From Candidatus Heimdallarchaeota archaeon (GTDB lineage Archaea; Asgardarchaeota; Heimdallarchaeia; Hodarchaeales; Hodarchaeaceae): a stretch of DNA of 64,000 nt. This document shows positions 30,942-41,586 of this stretch, one piece after another; within the stretch, counting starts at the first letter, position 1; each line of letters starts with the position of its first letter. The DNA lies in assembly GCA_011364965.1 (NCBI GenBank), contig RDOB01000002.1, positions 288,001 to 352,000 on the forward strand, read 5' to 3'. Under the pieces are notes generated by a model that did not search any database, was not told the origin of the DNA, and worked only from the letters and a program-made list of their open reading frames with translations. The translations under genes were made by a program, and so were the position numbers.

Positions 30942-32711
30942 TTGCCAGCAAATTTATATTTTAGATCATTCGCGATACTAACTTTCCTCTGGGGATTGGT
31001 ATTTGCTTTAGGAATGGCTTTGATTTTAATAGCATCATTATCCGGAGTGATTCCTCCAGGTTATGAGTATTTAATTATCATAGCCCCTGTCCTTTTTGCA
31101 TTTATCATTGTGGGAATACAGTTTCTAATATCACCTTGGATAATGGATATTACGATCGCGTGGGTATATAAAGCAACGAAATATCCAGTTGAAGATCTCC
31201 CTCCCCATATTCGGGATTTTTTATACAACCAAATGCAAATGAACAATTTCTCGTTGAAATGGGTTGCTATCATTCATGATAACAATCCAAATGCCTTCAC
31301 TTACGGTCACACAAAGAAAAGGGCCCGTATGGCAATAACCGAGGGGATTTTGAATTACTTGGATGAATCAGAGCAGATAGCAGTTGTGGCTCATGAATGT
31401 GGTCACATAGTTCACCGTGATTTCATCTGGATGACAGTAGCGGCAGCAATCCCCTTAATTTGCTATTCTTTCTATCAGGGTCTCTGGACATTTGCTCGTG
31501 TATCTTCTCGTTCCCAACGTGGTAGCCGAGACGATGCAGCTTCTGTTGGTGCCATTGCTCTGGTCGTAGCTATACTAGCTTGGGTTGTATATTATATTTC
31601 TCATTATATAGTTTTGCTTCTTTCTCGGGTACGCGAATATTTTGCTGATTCATTCTCTGCTAATGCCACGGGTGATCCTGGAGCTCTTTCTAGGGCTTTA
31701 GTGAAGATTGCATATGGAATGGTGAAATCCGATGCAGAATTAGCTTCACGTATGAAGGATGAAGGATACTCTCCTGCTGAACAACGTCAAGCTGCAAAAC
31801 AAAGTGCTTTTAATGTTGGTATGCGTTCCCTCGGGATATTCGACGTTTCAGGTGCAAAAAGCCTTGCTATGTCGGCATATGGTCGTGGAATGGACTTGAA
31901 TGAGGAAACCGTTGCAAAAGCGGCCCAATGGGATTTATCGAACCCTTGGGGTGGATTTCTAGAACTTTCATCAACGCACCCTCTGCCAGCTAAGAGAATT
32001 CTTTCATTGAATAAAATCCAAGAGGAACGTGGATTAGCACCTGAATTTCCTGGAATTGGGAAAGTAAAATTACCTGAGAGCCTTTGGGATGAATTTTTCA
32101 TCGATTTATTTTTAATGTATATTGCTCCTTTCTTATTCTTTGCTCTTCCGCCATTTTTTTCTTTAATCATGGCTCTACTAGGATATAATCCCTTAATTGG
32201 ATTTGGAATTGGATTGCTAGTATTCGCTTTGATTTGGAAGTGGAGAAGAAATGAAAAATATCCAAAAGTAAATGATAATGATCCAACACTTACAGTTGTT
32301 CATTGTTTAACAGATCAAACAAAGAACTCATTCTATGAAGCTTCCCCATTAAGAGGAAAACCAGCTGTTTTTGAGGGTAAAGTTGTAGGGCGAGGTATAC
32401 CAGGGTTCTTCCTTAGTGAAGATTTGGTAATTCAGGACAAAACAGGGATAATTACTCTTGATTATTCTCCTATTCTAGGATTTATGTCATGGATTTTTGC
32501 TTTATTCCGTGTTCCCAAGCTACAAGGACAAATGGTTAAAGCATATGGGTGGTATCATCGCAGTCCAACTCCCATATTGTCTGTATGGAAGATTAAAACT
32601 GAAACTGGTCAAACATTCAAAAATCGTTGGTCTGGAGCCAATTGGTTATTTATGTGGATAGTTATTCTTTTGGGAATAATCTCAATAGCTTTTGGATTCT
32701 TTCCTATTTAA
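30942..32711 (+). CDS. htpX: Long-form HtpX-like M48 zinc metalloprotease
   Basis: PNAFTYG, AHECGH, SRVREYFAD, STHP; extra C-terminal TM and beta domain. Confidence 0.85.
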   Translation: MPANLYFRSFAILTFLWGLVFALGMALILIASLSGVIPPGYEYLIIIAPVLFAFIIVGIQFLISPWIMDITIAWVYKATKYPVEDLPPHIRDFLYNQMQMNNFSLKWVAIIHDNNPNAFTYGHTKKRARMAITEGILNYLDESEQIAVVAHECGHIVHRDFIWMTVAAAIPLICYSFYQGLWTFARVSSRSQRGSRDDAASVGAIALVVAILAWVVYYISHYIVLLLSRVREYFADSFSANATGDPGALSRALVKIAYGMVKSDAELASRMKDEGYSPAEQRQAAKQSAFNVGMRSLGIFDVSGAKSLAMSAYGRGMDLNEETVAKAAQWDLSNPWGGFLELSSTHPLPAKRILSLNKIQEERGLAPEFPGIGKVKLPESLWDEFFIDLFLMYIAPFLFFALPPFFSLIMALLGYNPLIGFGIGLLVFALIWKWRRNEKYPKVNDNDPTLTVVHCLTDQTKNSFYEASPLRGKPAVFEGKVVGRGIPGFFLSEDLVIQDKTGIITLDYSPILGFMSWIFALFRVPKLQGQMVKAYGWYHRSPTPILSVWKIKTETGQTFKNRWSGANWLFMWIVILLGIISIAFGFFPI

Positions 32712-33567
32712 TTTCCACATTCTCTCTTTTTCTTTCTTCCATTAATCCCACATTTTTTCTGTATTCCCTTTGGGAATGAAGTTTTTCAAGATCTACAATT
32801 TTGAGAAAAGTTCCTCTTTCCCCATTTTTCATAGTATTAATGATATTGGTACCCACGGTATCTGAATTTTTAAATCTCCATGAGGGATCAGCTAAACAAC
32901 TGGCTCCCACAGAGTAATATGGTTCTCTAATGACTTGTTCTGCCATATCACTTACTGTTACAATGATTGCAGCTTCTTTCGCTCGTACAACCGCGAGATT
33001 GTACCACATAAATCGGCCATAATTGGTGTAATCTATTGAGGGAACTACAGTTAATGTTGGACAGAATAAGATATCTATTTCGGTTTCTAAAAGTTTTAAA
33101 ATTCCATTTACATTCCATAAATCACTACAAATTCGTATTGCAGCTTTCCAACCTGAGAGGTTCCAAATAAGTTCTTTATCACCTTTAGTAAATCCTTGAG
33201 TTTTCTCATATCCAAAAGGATTCTGTTTATCATAATATCCCAATAACTTGCCTGATGAATTAAATAGATGGGTTCTGTTATATAATTGTTCAATTTCTTT
33301 TACTACTTGACTACCACCAATTATCCAAGAGGAATGCTCTTTAGCTATTCTTTCTAAGAAATTTAGGGATTTGAAGTATGTAGTTTCAGAAACTGCTTCT
33401 TTCCTCAATCCATTCCAATACTCTGGAAAACAGATTGCTGTTTGATTCTCACGAAATCCGTTAATGTTGCAGTTTAGGAGAGCTTCATATTCTAACAAAT
33501 TAGAGTCGAGTTGATTTAATTGAAGCGATGGTTGAAGTACAAGAATTTCGAGTTTATCTGATGACAT
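32704..33567 (-). CDS. Carbon-nitrogen hydrolase (nitrilase family)
   Basis: FPEY, YDK, ICSD triad. Confidence 0.85.
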   Translation of the reverse strand: MSSDKLEILVLQPSLQLNQLDSNLLEYEALLNCNINGFRENQTAICFPEYWNGLRKEAVSETTYFKSLNFLERIAKEHSSWIIGGSQVVKEIEQLYNRTHLFNSSGKLLGYYDKQNPFGYEKTQGFTKGDKELIWNLSGWKAAIRICSDLWNVNGILKLLETEIDILFCPTLTVVPSIDYTNYGRFMWYNLAVVRAKEAAIIVTVSDMAEQVIREPYYSVGASCLADPSWRFKNSDTVGTNIINTMKNGERGTFLKIVDLEKLHSQREYRKNVGLMEERKRENVEIK

Positions 33568-33569
33568 TC

Positions 33570-34736
33570 TTATTGAATCCTAGATAGAACAATCTCCATG
33601 ATATCAATAGATCGTATTGAAGACCTAAGACGATTAAGGTGTTCATCTATATTTATTTGACATGCCGGGCAAGCATTTAAACAATAATCAACATTCTGAT
33701 CTTCAAGTTGCTGGATCAAAGCTTCAGCTACATCTTCTGCAATTTCAGGGTAATTGGCTTTTACTAATCCACCAGCACCGCAACATAAGGCATTCTCTCT
33801 GTTATTTTCCATTTCACAATTTTTAATCCCAGGAAGAAGATTAATTAGTTCTCTAGCATGTTCATATTCCCCACAGTGTCTTCCCAATTCACATGGATCT
33901 TTAAAAGAAACTTTTATGGATTTATTATTGGTAAATTTAAATTTATTTTTTTTAATAAGTGAAATAATATAATCCATATGCGTGATGACCTTAAAAGGGA
34001 GACTCTTCCCTATAATTTTGGGATATTCTTTTGTGAAGACCCTAAAGCATCCAGCACATGAAATTATAAGAGTTTTAATTCCCAATCTTTCAATCTCATG
34101 AATATTATGCTTTGCCAATTCTAAAGCTTTATTTGGTTGTCCACCTAAGAGATAAGGGTTTCCACAGCAATATTCTGATGGTGAAAAGACAGATATCTTT
34201 TCATTTGCCTTCTCAACTAGTTTTAAAAGGGAAACTGGAGCCCCTGAAGCCCTTGCAGAATAGGATGAAACACACCCGATGAAATATCCAACTTGAGCTT
34301 TTCTATTTACAAATTTATTATATAAAGATTCAACTTCTGAGGCCCAAAAACTCCGATCTTCTTGGTCTAATCCATAGAAATTGTTGTTAACCTTTAGATT
34401 ACTAAACATTCTTTTTGTATGAAAAGGAATATAATCTTGAACCATAGTTTTTAATTCAGAATATACCTCAGTTAAGGGGATGTCAAGCATGCATTCCTGT
34501 TCACATGCTGCGCAAAAAGTGCATTGAAATAAACCTTTTGAGAGAGCTTGTAACCCCTCTTCCTTTTTTAGCCTTCCATCTGCAAGATTTCGGGATGTAA
34601 TCATTTTTCCTCTCCCTGTTACTATCTCATGCTTTACAGAAAGATATGTAGGGCAAGCAGCATTATTATTTACGCAATACGCGCAATAAGCACAGATATA
34701 GAGCTCGTTGAAATATTTCAAAGCCTTTAAGTTCAA
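33570..34736 (-). CDS. Fe-S oxidoreductase, HdrD/GlcF-like (2x 4Fe-4S + 2 CCG domains)
   Basis: CxxCxxC...CP, CTFCAACEQEC, two CCG motifs. Confidence 0.88.
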   Translation of the reverse strand: MNLKALKYFNELYICAYCAYCVNNNAACPTYLSVKHEIVTGRGKMITSRNLADGRLKKEEGLQALSKGLFQCTFCAACEQECMLDIPLTEVYSELKTMVQDYIPFHTKRMFSNLKVNNNFYGLDQEDRSFWASEVESLYNKFVNRKAQVGYFIGCVSSYSARASGAPVSLLKLVEKANEKISVFSPSEYCCGNPYLLGGQPNKALELAKHNIHEIERLGIKTLIISCAGCFRVFTKEYPKIIGKSLPFKVITHMDYIISLIKKNKFKFTNNKSIKVSFKDPCELGRHCGEYEHARELINLLPGIKNCEMENNRENALCCGAGGLVKANYPEIAEDVAEALIQQLEDQNVDYCLNACPACQINIDEHLNRLRSSIRSIDIMEIVLSRIQ

Positions 34737-34805
34737 AATTACGATCCCCGAGATAAGTTGACTTGATTTAAGTTTCTGACCTCTTTTTAGCTTTTCTTAA
34801 TTAAT

Positions 34806-35693
34806 CTAAAAAGGAACATATCCATGTGCCATTAAGAATTCCTGTTCTTCGGGTGTTAAACTTTCTCCAGTGTCACGTTTTTTAAGAAGAAGTTTTATTT
34901 TGTCGTCAATTTCACTGAATGCTTCCTTTTTTGTTTCCTCGGAGAGTAATTTCTTTAAATTAATAATTTTTCCTTTTAATGCGTCTAATTCTTCCTGCTT
35001 AGCCTCAATATTGACTTTAAGCTCCTCGACTTTTTGTAAATGAGAAACAAAATCTTGGTGGGCCTTATCTTCTTCTTCCTTCAGAGGTTTAATGCGATCA
35101 TACATCTTTTGTACTTTAATAGATAATAATTTTCGATCTGCTTCCTCTTGTGAAATTTGCTTTTCAATTTCCGAGATTTCTTGCTCAATTTTTTCCTTGG
35201 ATTCTGGAATATCACCCAGATAATCAGCTACAATCGCTTCATTTTTTTTCTCTAAAAGTGAAATCCTCTCTTCAATACGTCTTATCTCATCCACTAATAC
35301 TTCCTCATCGTCCCGGGATAGACTGCTCGTTTGTTGCTTAAATTCAAGTTCATATAACTGATATTTTAGTTCGACAATAGTTAGCTTTTCGAGTTCATCT
35401 GAGGACAGGATTTTGAAAACAGGTCCTTCAGTTCGTTTAGCTTCCCTCCGTAGGAAATCACGACGCTTTTTCAACATTTCCAAAGTATTTCGAGAATGAT
35501 CTTGAGACTGCATCTCCGGCGCGGTTTTTTCCAACAATCCCTGCCTTTCCAATTTTTTCCTGTCTCGCAATTTTCTGAAATGTGTCGTTAATTTTTGTTG
35601 TTCCCTTAAACTATCTCTCATAATTTTAATTTCAGCAATTAATGTCGATTGTTGTTCGTAATGAAGTTTTAATTGATCCTTGGTAGATTTCAC
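34806..35693 (-). CDS. Archaeal coiled-coil protein (COG1340-like)
   Basis: Heptad-rich; LEFKQQTSSLS..EE and C-terminal GESLTPEE. Confidence 0.65.
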   Translation of the reverse strand: MKSTKDQLKLHYEQQSTLIAEIKIMRDSLREQQKLTTHFRKLRDRKKLERQGLLEKTAPEMQSQDHSRNTLEMLKKRRDFLRREAKRTEGPVFKILSSDELEKLTIVELKYQLYELEFKQQTSSLSRDDEEVLVDEIRRIEERISLLEKKNEAIVADYLGDIPESKEKIEQEISEIEKQISQEEADRKLLSIKVQKMYDRIKPLKEEEDKAHQDFVSHLQKVEELKVNIEAKQEELDALKGKIINLKKLLSEETKKEAFSEIDDKIKLLLKKRDTGESLTPEEQEFLMAHGYVPF

Positions 35694-35944
35694 GCGTATC
35701 AGTCCGTTTAATTTCTTTATACTTACGCATTATATATTTTAATGTAAATCGATAGCAAATTATTATATTTAAGGGTTATAATTGATTACTTCAACAAGGT
35801 TTTTTTATTTGGAAGAATTCTTAAGAGGCTATCTCTATTACTTTGAATTAACACATTAAAGTTCTGAACTGAGATTCTAAAGAAATAATTACATATTTTT
35901 AGCAAAAATTGGATTCAGTTATTTTAAAATGAAGAGGAAGCAGT

Positions 35945-36466
35945 ATGGATTTTTTTGAGGTAGTTATTCGGAATAAACGGTTTGAATCGTTCGATTCTGA
36001 ACATATGTTAACTTCTGACCAAATCAAACAGCTTTTAGCTTGTGCTCAGCTTGCTCCATCGTTATCAGATATTCAAAACTTTACCTATATCATAATTGAT
36101 GAAAAAATACTAAAGGAAAAAATTGCTGAATTTTCTCCTAACTTTGAATGGATCAAGAATGCATCTGCAATTTTCGCTGTTGTTGTTTTAATAAGAGAAG
36201 AGGATGATACAAATATAATCGATGCTATTATAGCTAGTTCCCAGTTGATGATGGCTACTGTAATTAATAATCTAGGTTATTCTCTTATTGTAGATTTTGA
36301 TCAGAAAGCCATTGGGGAAATTTTAGGTTTAAAAGATCCCACTTTGGAAGTGATTGCATTAATACCTGTAGGAAAACCACTTGATAAAGGAACTCAAGGA
36401 TATAAAAGAACTATAGCGGAATTAAGCAATCATAACTATTTAGGACATCCATTAAAATTTCCATAA
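35945..36466 (+). CDS. Nitroreductase-family protein
   Basis: AQLAPS..DIQ, ALIPVGKP. Confidence 0.75.
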   Translation: MDFFEVVIRNKRFESFDSEHMLTSDQIKQLLACAQLAPSLSDIQNFTYIIIDEKILKEKIAEFSPNFEWIKNASAIFAVVVLIREEDDTNIIDAIIASSQLMMATVINNLGYSLIVDFDQKAIGEILGLKDPTLEVIALIPVGKPLDKGTQGYKRTIAELSNHNYLGHPLKFP

Positions 36467-36499
36467 CAATTTGGGGACAGAAATAGGACGAAAAATAGA

Positions 36500-36997
36500 A
36501 TGAGTTCATCTTTTTTGGTATTTTCTGTGGATATTAATAAATATGCAATCACAATTGCAGAATTAGAAAGCATTCTTGAATTTCCTAATTCTTTTCTAAA
36601 TAATACTTATCAAAATGAAATCATTTATGAAAAGCTGAGGCGAATTCCAATTTTTAATTCACATGCTATTTTACGATTTAAAAATCCCGAGATGACAATT
36701 ACCCCCCATTCAAGAATTTTAATGATAAAAAAAGGGAAAAAATTAAATCAAATTGGCATCGGAGTTGATTCAATAAACAGTATCGTGAAAGGAATTCATA
36801 AGGAAGGAATTAAACAAAGAGACACTGATGAACTAAGTTCTAACTCTATATCTTATAATTCAAAAAATATTCCAGTTTTTAAACCTCAGAATTATATTCA
36901 AGAATATAGAGTTCCAAAAAAATCAGAGATTAATTTCTTTAAAAGAAAATATAAAAAGGATTATAGTAGAGCCTACTACACAGGATATAAATCATAG
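36500..36997 (+). CDS. CheW-like domain protein
   Basis: FLVFSV...YAITI, RIPIFN, IGIGVDSI. Confidence 0.6.
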   Translation: MSSSFLVFSVDINKYAITIAELESILEFPNSFLNNTYQNEIIYEKLRRIPIFNSHAILRFKNPEMTITPHSRILMIKKGKKLNQIGIGVDSINSIVKGIHKEGIKQRDTDELSSNSISYNSKNIPVFKPQNYIQEYRVPKKSEINFFKRKYKKDYSRAYYTGYKS

Positions 36998-37006
36998 GGG
37001 ATTCGA

Positions 37007-38458
37007 GTGGAAATCGCTGTACAAGAAATTAGAGTATTTTGTTTATGCGAGAATAAACAAGCTATTCAAAATTTTCTGAAATCTGCATTATCAAAGACCG
37101 ATGTCATAAGATTTATCATTGATTTCACTTATTCAGGAATAAAATCGACTGCTATATATTCAGGATTCACTCTGAAGTCATACCAAATATCAAGGAAACT
37201 AACAAAGGATTGGATCCCCACCACCTTTCTTTCTGGAATTAGAACCCTTTTAGAGGAATTTCCTCTTTCAGGATTACGGTCCAGCTTTTATTTAAATTTT
37301 TCCAAGGTAAAAATTCCAATAGATCTCGTTGAATGTTTGGAAAACCAATTGAAAGATTTTGTTTCTGAATATGAGACTTCTGCTTCTTATTATTCAATAT
37401 TTCTGGAGAGAGGATATGAAAGAAAGATACTAAATCAACTCTCTCTTAGATATCCCTTTATCTGCTTTGAAAACGGGCATGTACTACCAAATTTTTTCTA
37501 TAATACTGAAAAACTAAATAAATTCCCGAATAAATTAAAAGAGCTATATCTTCCAATAGAGTTACTTTTAGATGAATTAGATAGGAATAAATTGGAGAGA
37601 GATCAGCTAAAAAAAGAATTATTCCTTCAATCAACTCAAAATAACATACTGGAAGCAACTCTGTCAACTTTTTTAGCAATGGAAAAAGAACAGCGTGAAA
37701 AGGGAATAGAAAGCACCCCTGCAGACATGATTTCTCTTCTAGATTACAAAGAACTCCGAAAACGCTTTGATGAAAAGTCACAAATACTTTCATCTGTAAC
37801 TCACGATTTAAAATCCCCTCTTTCTGCTATTCAGGGTTTTGCTGAGCTTATGAAAGAAGGGATGGCTGGAGATATATCTGAGGATATGAAAAAGCATCTT
37901 GAGGTTATAATTAGAAATGCAAAACGCTTGAGTATTATGGTTGATTCTATTCTTGAATTTGAAAGTTATGATAGATCTGAATATGTTCTATCCAGAGAAG
38001 TTGTTAATTTAGTTGAGTTATTGAATGACGCAAAAATGTCTGTGCTCCCCCGAATGCTCCAAAAAAATCAAAAAGTTAATATTTATACTCCTGATACCTT
38101 GGAGATTGTAGCTAATCGTGAATTACTTTTAAGAGTGATACAAAATTTATTAGATAACGGAATTAAATATTCCCCAAGAGATACGGGGTTAATTGAAGTC
38201 TTTGCAGAAGAGAAGGTGAAAAATAAACAACCCTATGTTAAAATAACAATAAAAGATAATGGTTTTGGCTTTAAACCCGAAGAAGTGAAAAAAGCCTTTA
38301 TTCCTTTCACTCGGTTTGAAGCAGGTATTAGTTCTACTGGACTTGGTCTTTCTATTTCTAAGAAGATAATTGAGGATCTTCATTATGGAACAATTGAAAT
38401 TAGCTCTCCTGGAAAACAAAAAGGAACAACTTTGGTGATTACGTTACCCAAATCGTAA
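37007..38458 (+). CDS. Cytoplasmic sensor histidine kinase (HisKA + HATPase_c)
   Basis: THDLKSPL H-box, NLLDNGIKY N-box, DNGFG, GLGLSI. Confidence 0.92.
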   Translation: MEIAVQEIRVFCLCENKQAIQNFLKSALSKTDVIRFIIDFTYSGIKSTAIYSGFTLKSYQISRKLTKDWIPTTFLSGIRTLLEEFPLSGLRSSFYLNFSKVKIPIDLVECLENQLKDFVSEYETSASYYSIFLERGYERKILNQLSLRYPFICFENGHVLPNFFYNTEKLNKFPNKLKELYLPIELLLDELDRNKLERDQLKKELFLQSTQNNILEATLSTFLAMEKEQREKGIESTPADMISLLDYKELRKRFDEKSQILSSVTHDLKSPLSAIQGFAELMKEGMAGDISEDMKKHLEVIIRNAKRLSIMVDSILEFESYDRSEYVLSREVVNLVELLNDAKMSVLPRMLQKNQKVNIYTPDTLEIVANRELLLRVIQNLLDNGIKYSPRDTGLIEVFAEEKVKNKQPYVKITIKDNGFGFKPEEVKKAFIPFTRFEAGISSTGLGLSISKKIIEDLHYGTIEISSPGKQKGTTLVITLPKS

Positions 38459-38596
38459 TAAAATTACATAATTTCTAGAATATAATTTAAATTGATATCA
38501 TTCCTCATCTATTTGATTACTCAAATCTTAAAAATATCAATAACTTGTCCTAAACATAGGCATATCCTTTATGATTGAAGTAAGGACTGAAAACCC

Positions 38597-38926
38597 TTGG
38601 ACGTAAATCCTTTAAAATTACTTGAAAAGGAATATACTCTGCTTATACTACAGTATCTTCATTTGAATCCAAATGGAAGAACATTCGAACAAATTTGTTC
38701 ATCAATTGATCACCGCGCTGTTCCTAGTATGGTTAATTCAAGATTGAATACTCTAAGGGAACTTGGTTTAGTGATCCGTATAAAGAGTGAGAAAGAGTTT
38801 GAATATTTGTTTGCCCTTTCAAATCGTGGAAGGTATGCGAGTGAAATTGTTTGGGATTTATTTCGAATCATCCTCAATCCACGAGACTCGGATGAGGATC
38901 CCGATATGATAGATTTCTATAAATAA
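38597..38926 (+). CDS. Winged-helix transcriptional regulator (HxlR-like)
   Basis: RTFEQI...RLNTLRELGLV...LSNRG. Confidence 0.75.
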   Translation: MDVNPLKLLEKEYTLLILQYLHLNPNGRTFEQICSSIDHRAVPSMVNSRLNTLRELGLVIRIKSEKEFEYLFALSNRGRYASEIVWDLFRIILNPRDSDEDPDMIDFYK

Positions 38927-39162
38927 TGGGAGACAGAGTAAGTTACGTCAAGTAGTAGGATCTATTTTGACGAAAAGGGATATTTAACCCTATGTTCATA
39001 TTATAAGAGGATTCTAATAATCCCTTTTTTCTTCTTGATCAATTTTTTATAAGCGCAAATTTCCAGCTTATTTGCTTGAAAAGCTAAATAATTGAAACTT
39101 AATTAATAAATTGGACAGACTTTCTTTACTATTTTCGCGATATTGAAACAAGTGGATTCCTT

Positions 39163-40188
39163 ATGTCTTTTTCTGATCAAAAAATGCAAAATTTATTGAA
39201 AAAACAGAAATATCAACTATATGGAAAAAACACCTCAGTAAAGAAATGTAGATGGACCCATAATGCCTTAAGAGAAAACAGGTACTGCTATAAAAGATTT
39301 TATGGAATTCGTTCTCATCAATGTATTCAATTCTCCCCAACACTTATCTGTAATTTCTCATGTCAATTTTGCTGGCGTATTCATGAACGTGACATTGATT
39401 TACCTGATATGTATGATTCCTATAGAAACCGTGATAAAGATAAATTGGAATTAATGTTTGATAGACCAAAAGAGGTCATAAAAGGTATTTTATTGGGACA
39501 AAAGAGAATAATCTGTGGCTATAAACCATTTGTAGATTTGGAAAAGTATAATGAAGCAATGAATCCCAAGCATGCAACTTTATCACTAACAGGAGAACCT
39601 TTTCTCTATCCCTGGATTCCTGAATTAATAAATGAGCTAAAAGCATTAGGAATGACCGTATTTATAGTCACTAATGGAAGTGTTCCTGAAACCCTTCTTG
39701 AAATACTAGAAAAAACTAGCTTTCCAACACAATTATATGTAACACTTCCTGCACCTGGCGAGAAGCTTTTTCTTCGAACTCACCGTCCTGCTGAGAAATT
39801 AAGTGCAATGCGAAAAATTTGGAGCACTCTAGAAATAATCGGAGCTGGGGTACCCTTTCGAACCGTTGGGCGTCTTACAGTGGCTGAAGGTCTGAATTTA
39901 GTGGATCCTGAAGGGTATGCTAAAATGATCAGCGTAATGAAACCATCTTTCATTGAAGTGAAAGGTGTTGTTCATGTAGGAGCAGCTGAGAAACGTTTAC
40001 CAAGATCTGTGATGCCCTCACATAAAAAAATTGTTTCTTTTTCGCTAGAATTAGAAAAATTAACAGGTTATAAATTGGTAAAACAGTCTCAGGTCAGCAG
40101 ACTAGTTATTCTCACTAACAATTCATATCCCCTTCTTATTCCAGAATTGCAATCGAATGCAGATTTACTACCTAATGAAGACGATTGA
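39163..40188 (+). CDS. taw1: 4-demethylwyosine synthase (radical SAM)
   Basis: KKCRW, CYKRFYGIRSHQC, CNFSCQFCWR, LSLTGEP. Confidence 0.93.
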   Translation: MSFSDQKMQNLLKKQKYQLYGKNTSVKKCRWTHNALRENRYCYKRFYGIRSHQCIQFSPTLICNFSCQFCWRIHERDIDLPDMYDSYRNRDKDKLELMFDRPKEVIKGILLGQKRIICGYKPFVDLEKYNEAMNPKHATLSLTGEPFLYPWIPELINELKALGMTVFIVTNGSVPETLLEILEKTSFPTQLYVTLPAPGEKLFLRTHRPAEKLSAMRKIWSTLEIIGAGVPFRTVGRLTVAEGLNLVDPEGYAKMISVMKPSFIEVKGVVHVGAAEKRLPRSVMPSHKKIVSFSLELEKLTGYKLVKQSQVSRLVILTNNSYPLLIPELQSNADLLPNEDD

Positions 40189-40270
40189 ATCTAATAAGGA
40201 GCTCTTTTAATAATACCATTTATTCAAAGAATACAGAAGTAATGTACCAATAAGCTTTGGTGGATTATAA

Positions 40271-40474
40271 TTGAAAATCATTGAAAAAACCGTGGATAAT
40301 ACAACTTGTATAAGGATGAGATCAGGATCTATTGTTGAAGTACATATAATAACTCAAGAGGATGGAAACAAAACTCTAGCTATCGAACATGAAAATACAA
40401 AATTAGCGTTCAATGATACGGAAATAAAGGATTTTGTAAAACTCTTTGATGAATTCTTGAATTCTGTGAAATGA
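40271..40474 (+). CDS. Small hypothetical protein
   Basis: 67 aa, beta strands then C-terminal helix; 14 bp gap to the next gene. Confidence 0.55.
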   Translation: MKIIEKTVDNTTCIRMRSGSIVEVHIITQEDGNKTLAIEHENTKLAFNDTEIKDFVKLFDEFLNSVK

Positions 40475-40488
40475 TGGGGTGACTCTAG

Positions 40489-41556
40489 ATGAAAATTGAA
40501 TATGAAAACAAGAATACAATTTCTTGGTGTATTGATCGTTCGGATCACTCTAAGATATGTTTTAACGCGATTTCAATGACAGGAAAATTAGAATCAATAA
40601 AAATAAGCGGAGAAGACTTTATATTGGAATTTGAGTACGAAGAGGCTCTTAAATTCCTAGAAATTCTGAAATCTCTAGTATTCACTGAAACTGACTATTT
40701 ATTGACAAGTGATATACCTATTCCTGAAGATGAATCTTATATTTCCGAAGAAAGGTCCCCCTTGGCTGAAATAGAAGATGCCAAAAAAAGTGATATTGGA
40801 CTTGGTACATCTTACTCATATGAACCAGAGTTTAAAGAATCTTATGCAGAAGGAAAGGAAGAAATTGCACCGAAGGAACCCTCCGAAACATTAGAGTATG
40901 AACGTGCTTTTTCTCAAAGAATTGAATCAGTTAAAAGTCAATTTAGTGAATCCTTAATCGAAGAACGCAAAGAAATGATTGAAAACCTTCCTGAACCATC
41001 AGAAATTCTTAATGTAATCCAAACTACTCAAGAATCCTTTGATGAAAGTATGGATAAAGTATTTTCTACCGATGAATTAGATTCTACTCCCAAAGCTCCC
41101 ATAGAAGAGGTTGTTTCAAAAGCTACACCCCCATCCATTTTAAAATTTAGCGAATTATCCCGTACTGAGTTAGATACTGCTTCTTTCTTCCACGAGACGG
41201 AAGAAAAAAGTCCCCTTGAACTTTTACTTGAGGAAGACAAAATTGATTCCATAGGTGTCTCTGATCCCTTTGAAGATATTGATGAAACTTCAAAACGAAC
41301 CTTTTCTCCCGAAGATATGCAAACTCGTTCTTTTATAAGTAAATTTGATAAAGAGCTTAGCTCAAATGAGTTAGAGAGCTCGACATCGGTTCCAGATGCT
41401 GTGGAAGAACCAAGGGATAAGATAAAGTCCGATGAACCAATAGCAACAATCCAAAAACAGCCAATATCAATGACAGAAGAAGAAAGGAAACAAAAAATCG
41501 AAAAAGAAAGAGCAGAGCGACGTCGAAGATTATGGGAGTTAACTAGAGGATTTTAA
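40489..41556 (+). CDS. Hypothetical protein: small N-domain, long acidic disordered region, charged C-terminal helix
   Basis: E/S/P-rich low complexity; ends ERRRRLWELTRGF; GGGGTGA RBS. Confidence 0.65.
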   Translation: MKIEYENKNTISWCIDRSDHSKICFNAISMTGKLESIKISGEDFILEFEYEEALKFLEILKSLVFTETDYLLTSDIPIPEDESYISEERSPLAEIEDAKKSDIGLGTSYSYEPEFKESYAEGKEEIAPKEPSETLEYERAFSQRIESVKSQFSESLIEERKEMIENLPEPSEILNVIQTTQESFDESMDKVFSTDELDSTPKAPIEEVVSKATPPSILKFSELSRTELDTASFFHETEEKSPLELLLEEDKIDSIGVSDPFEDIDETSKRTFSPEDMQTRSFISKFDKELSSNELESSTSVPDAVEEPRDKIKSDEPIATIQKQPISMTEEERKQKIEKERAERRRRLWELTRGF

Positions 41557-41586
41557 TTTTCAATTGTAGCCTTTTTTTACATTTTC

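Noticed and set aside
30942-32711. Long HtpX with extra C-terminal domain as a novel fusion
   Set aside because: A similar long-form architecture is familiar from other prokaryotes (e.g. cyanobacterial M48 proteins)
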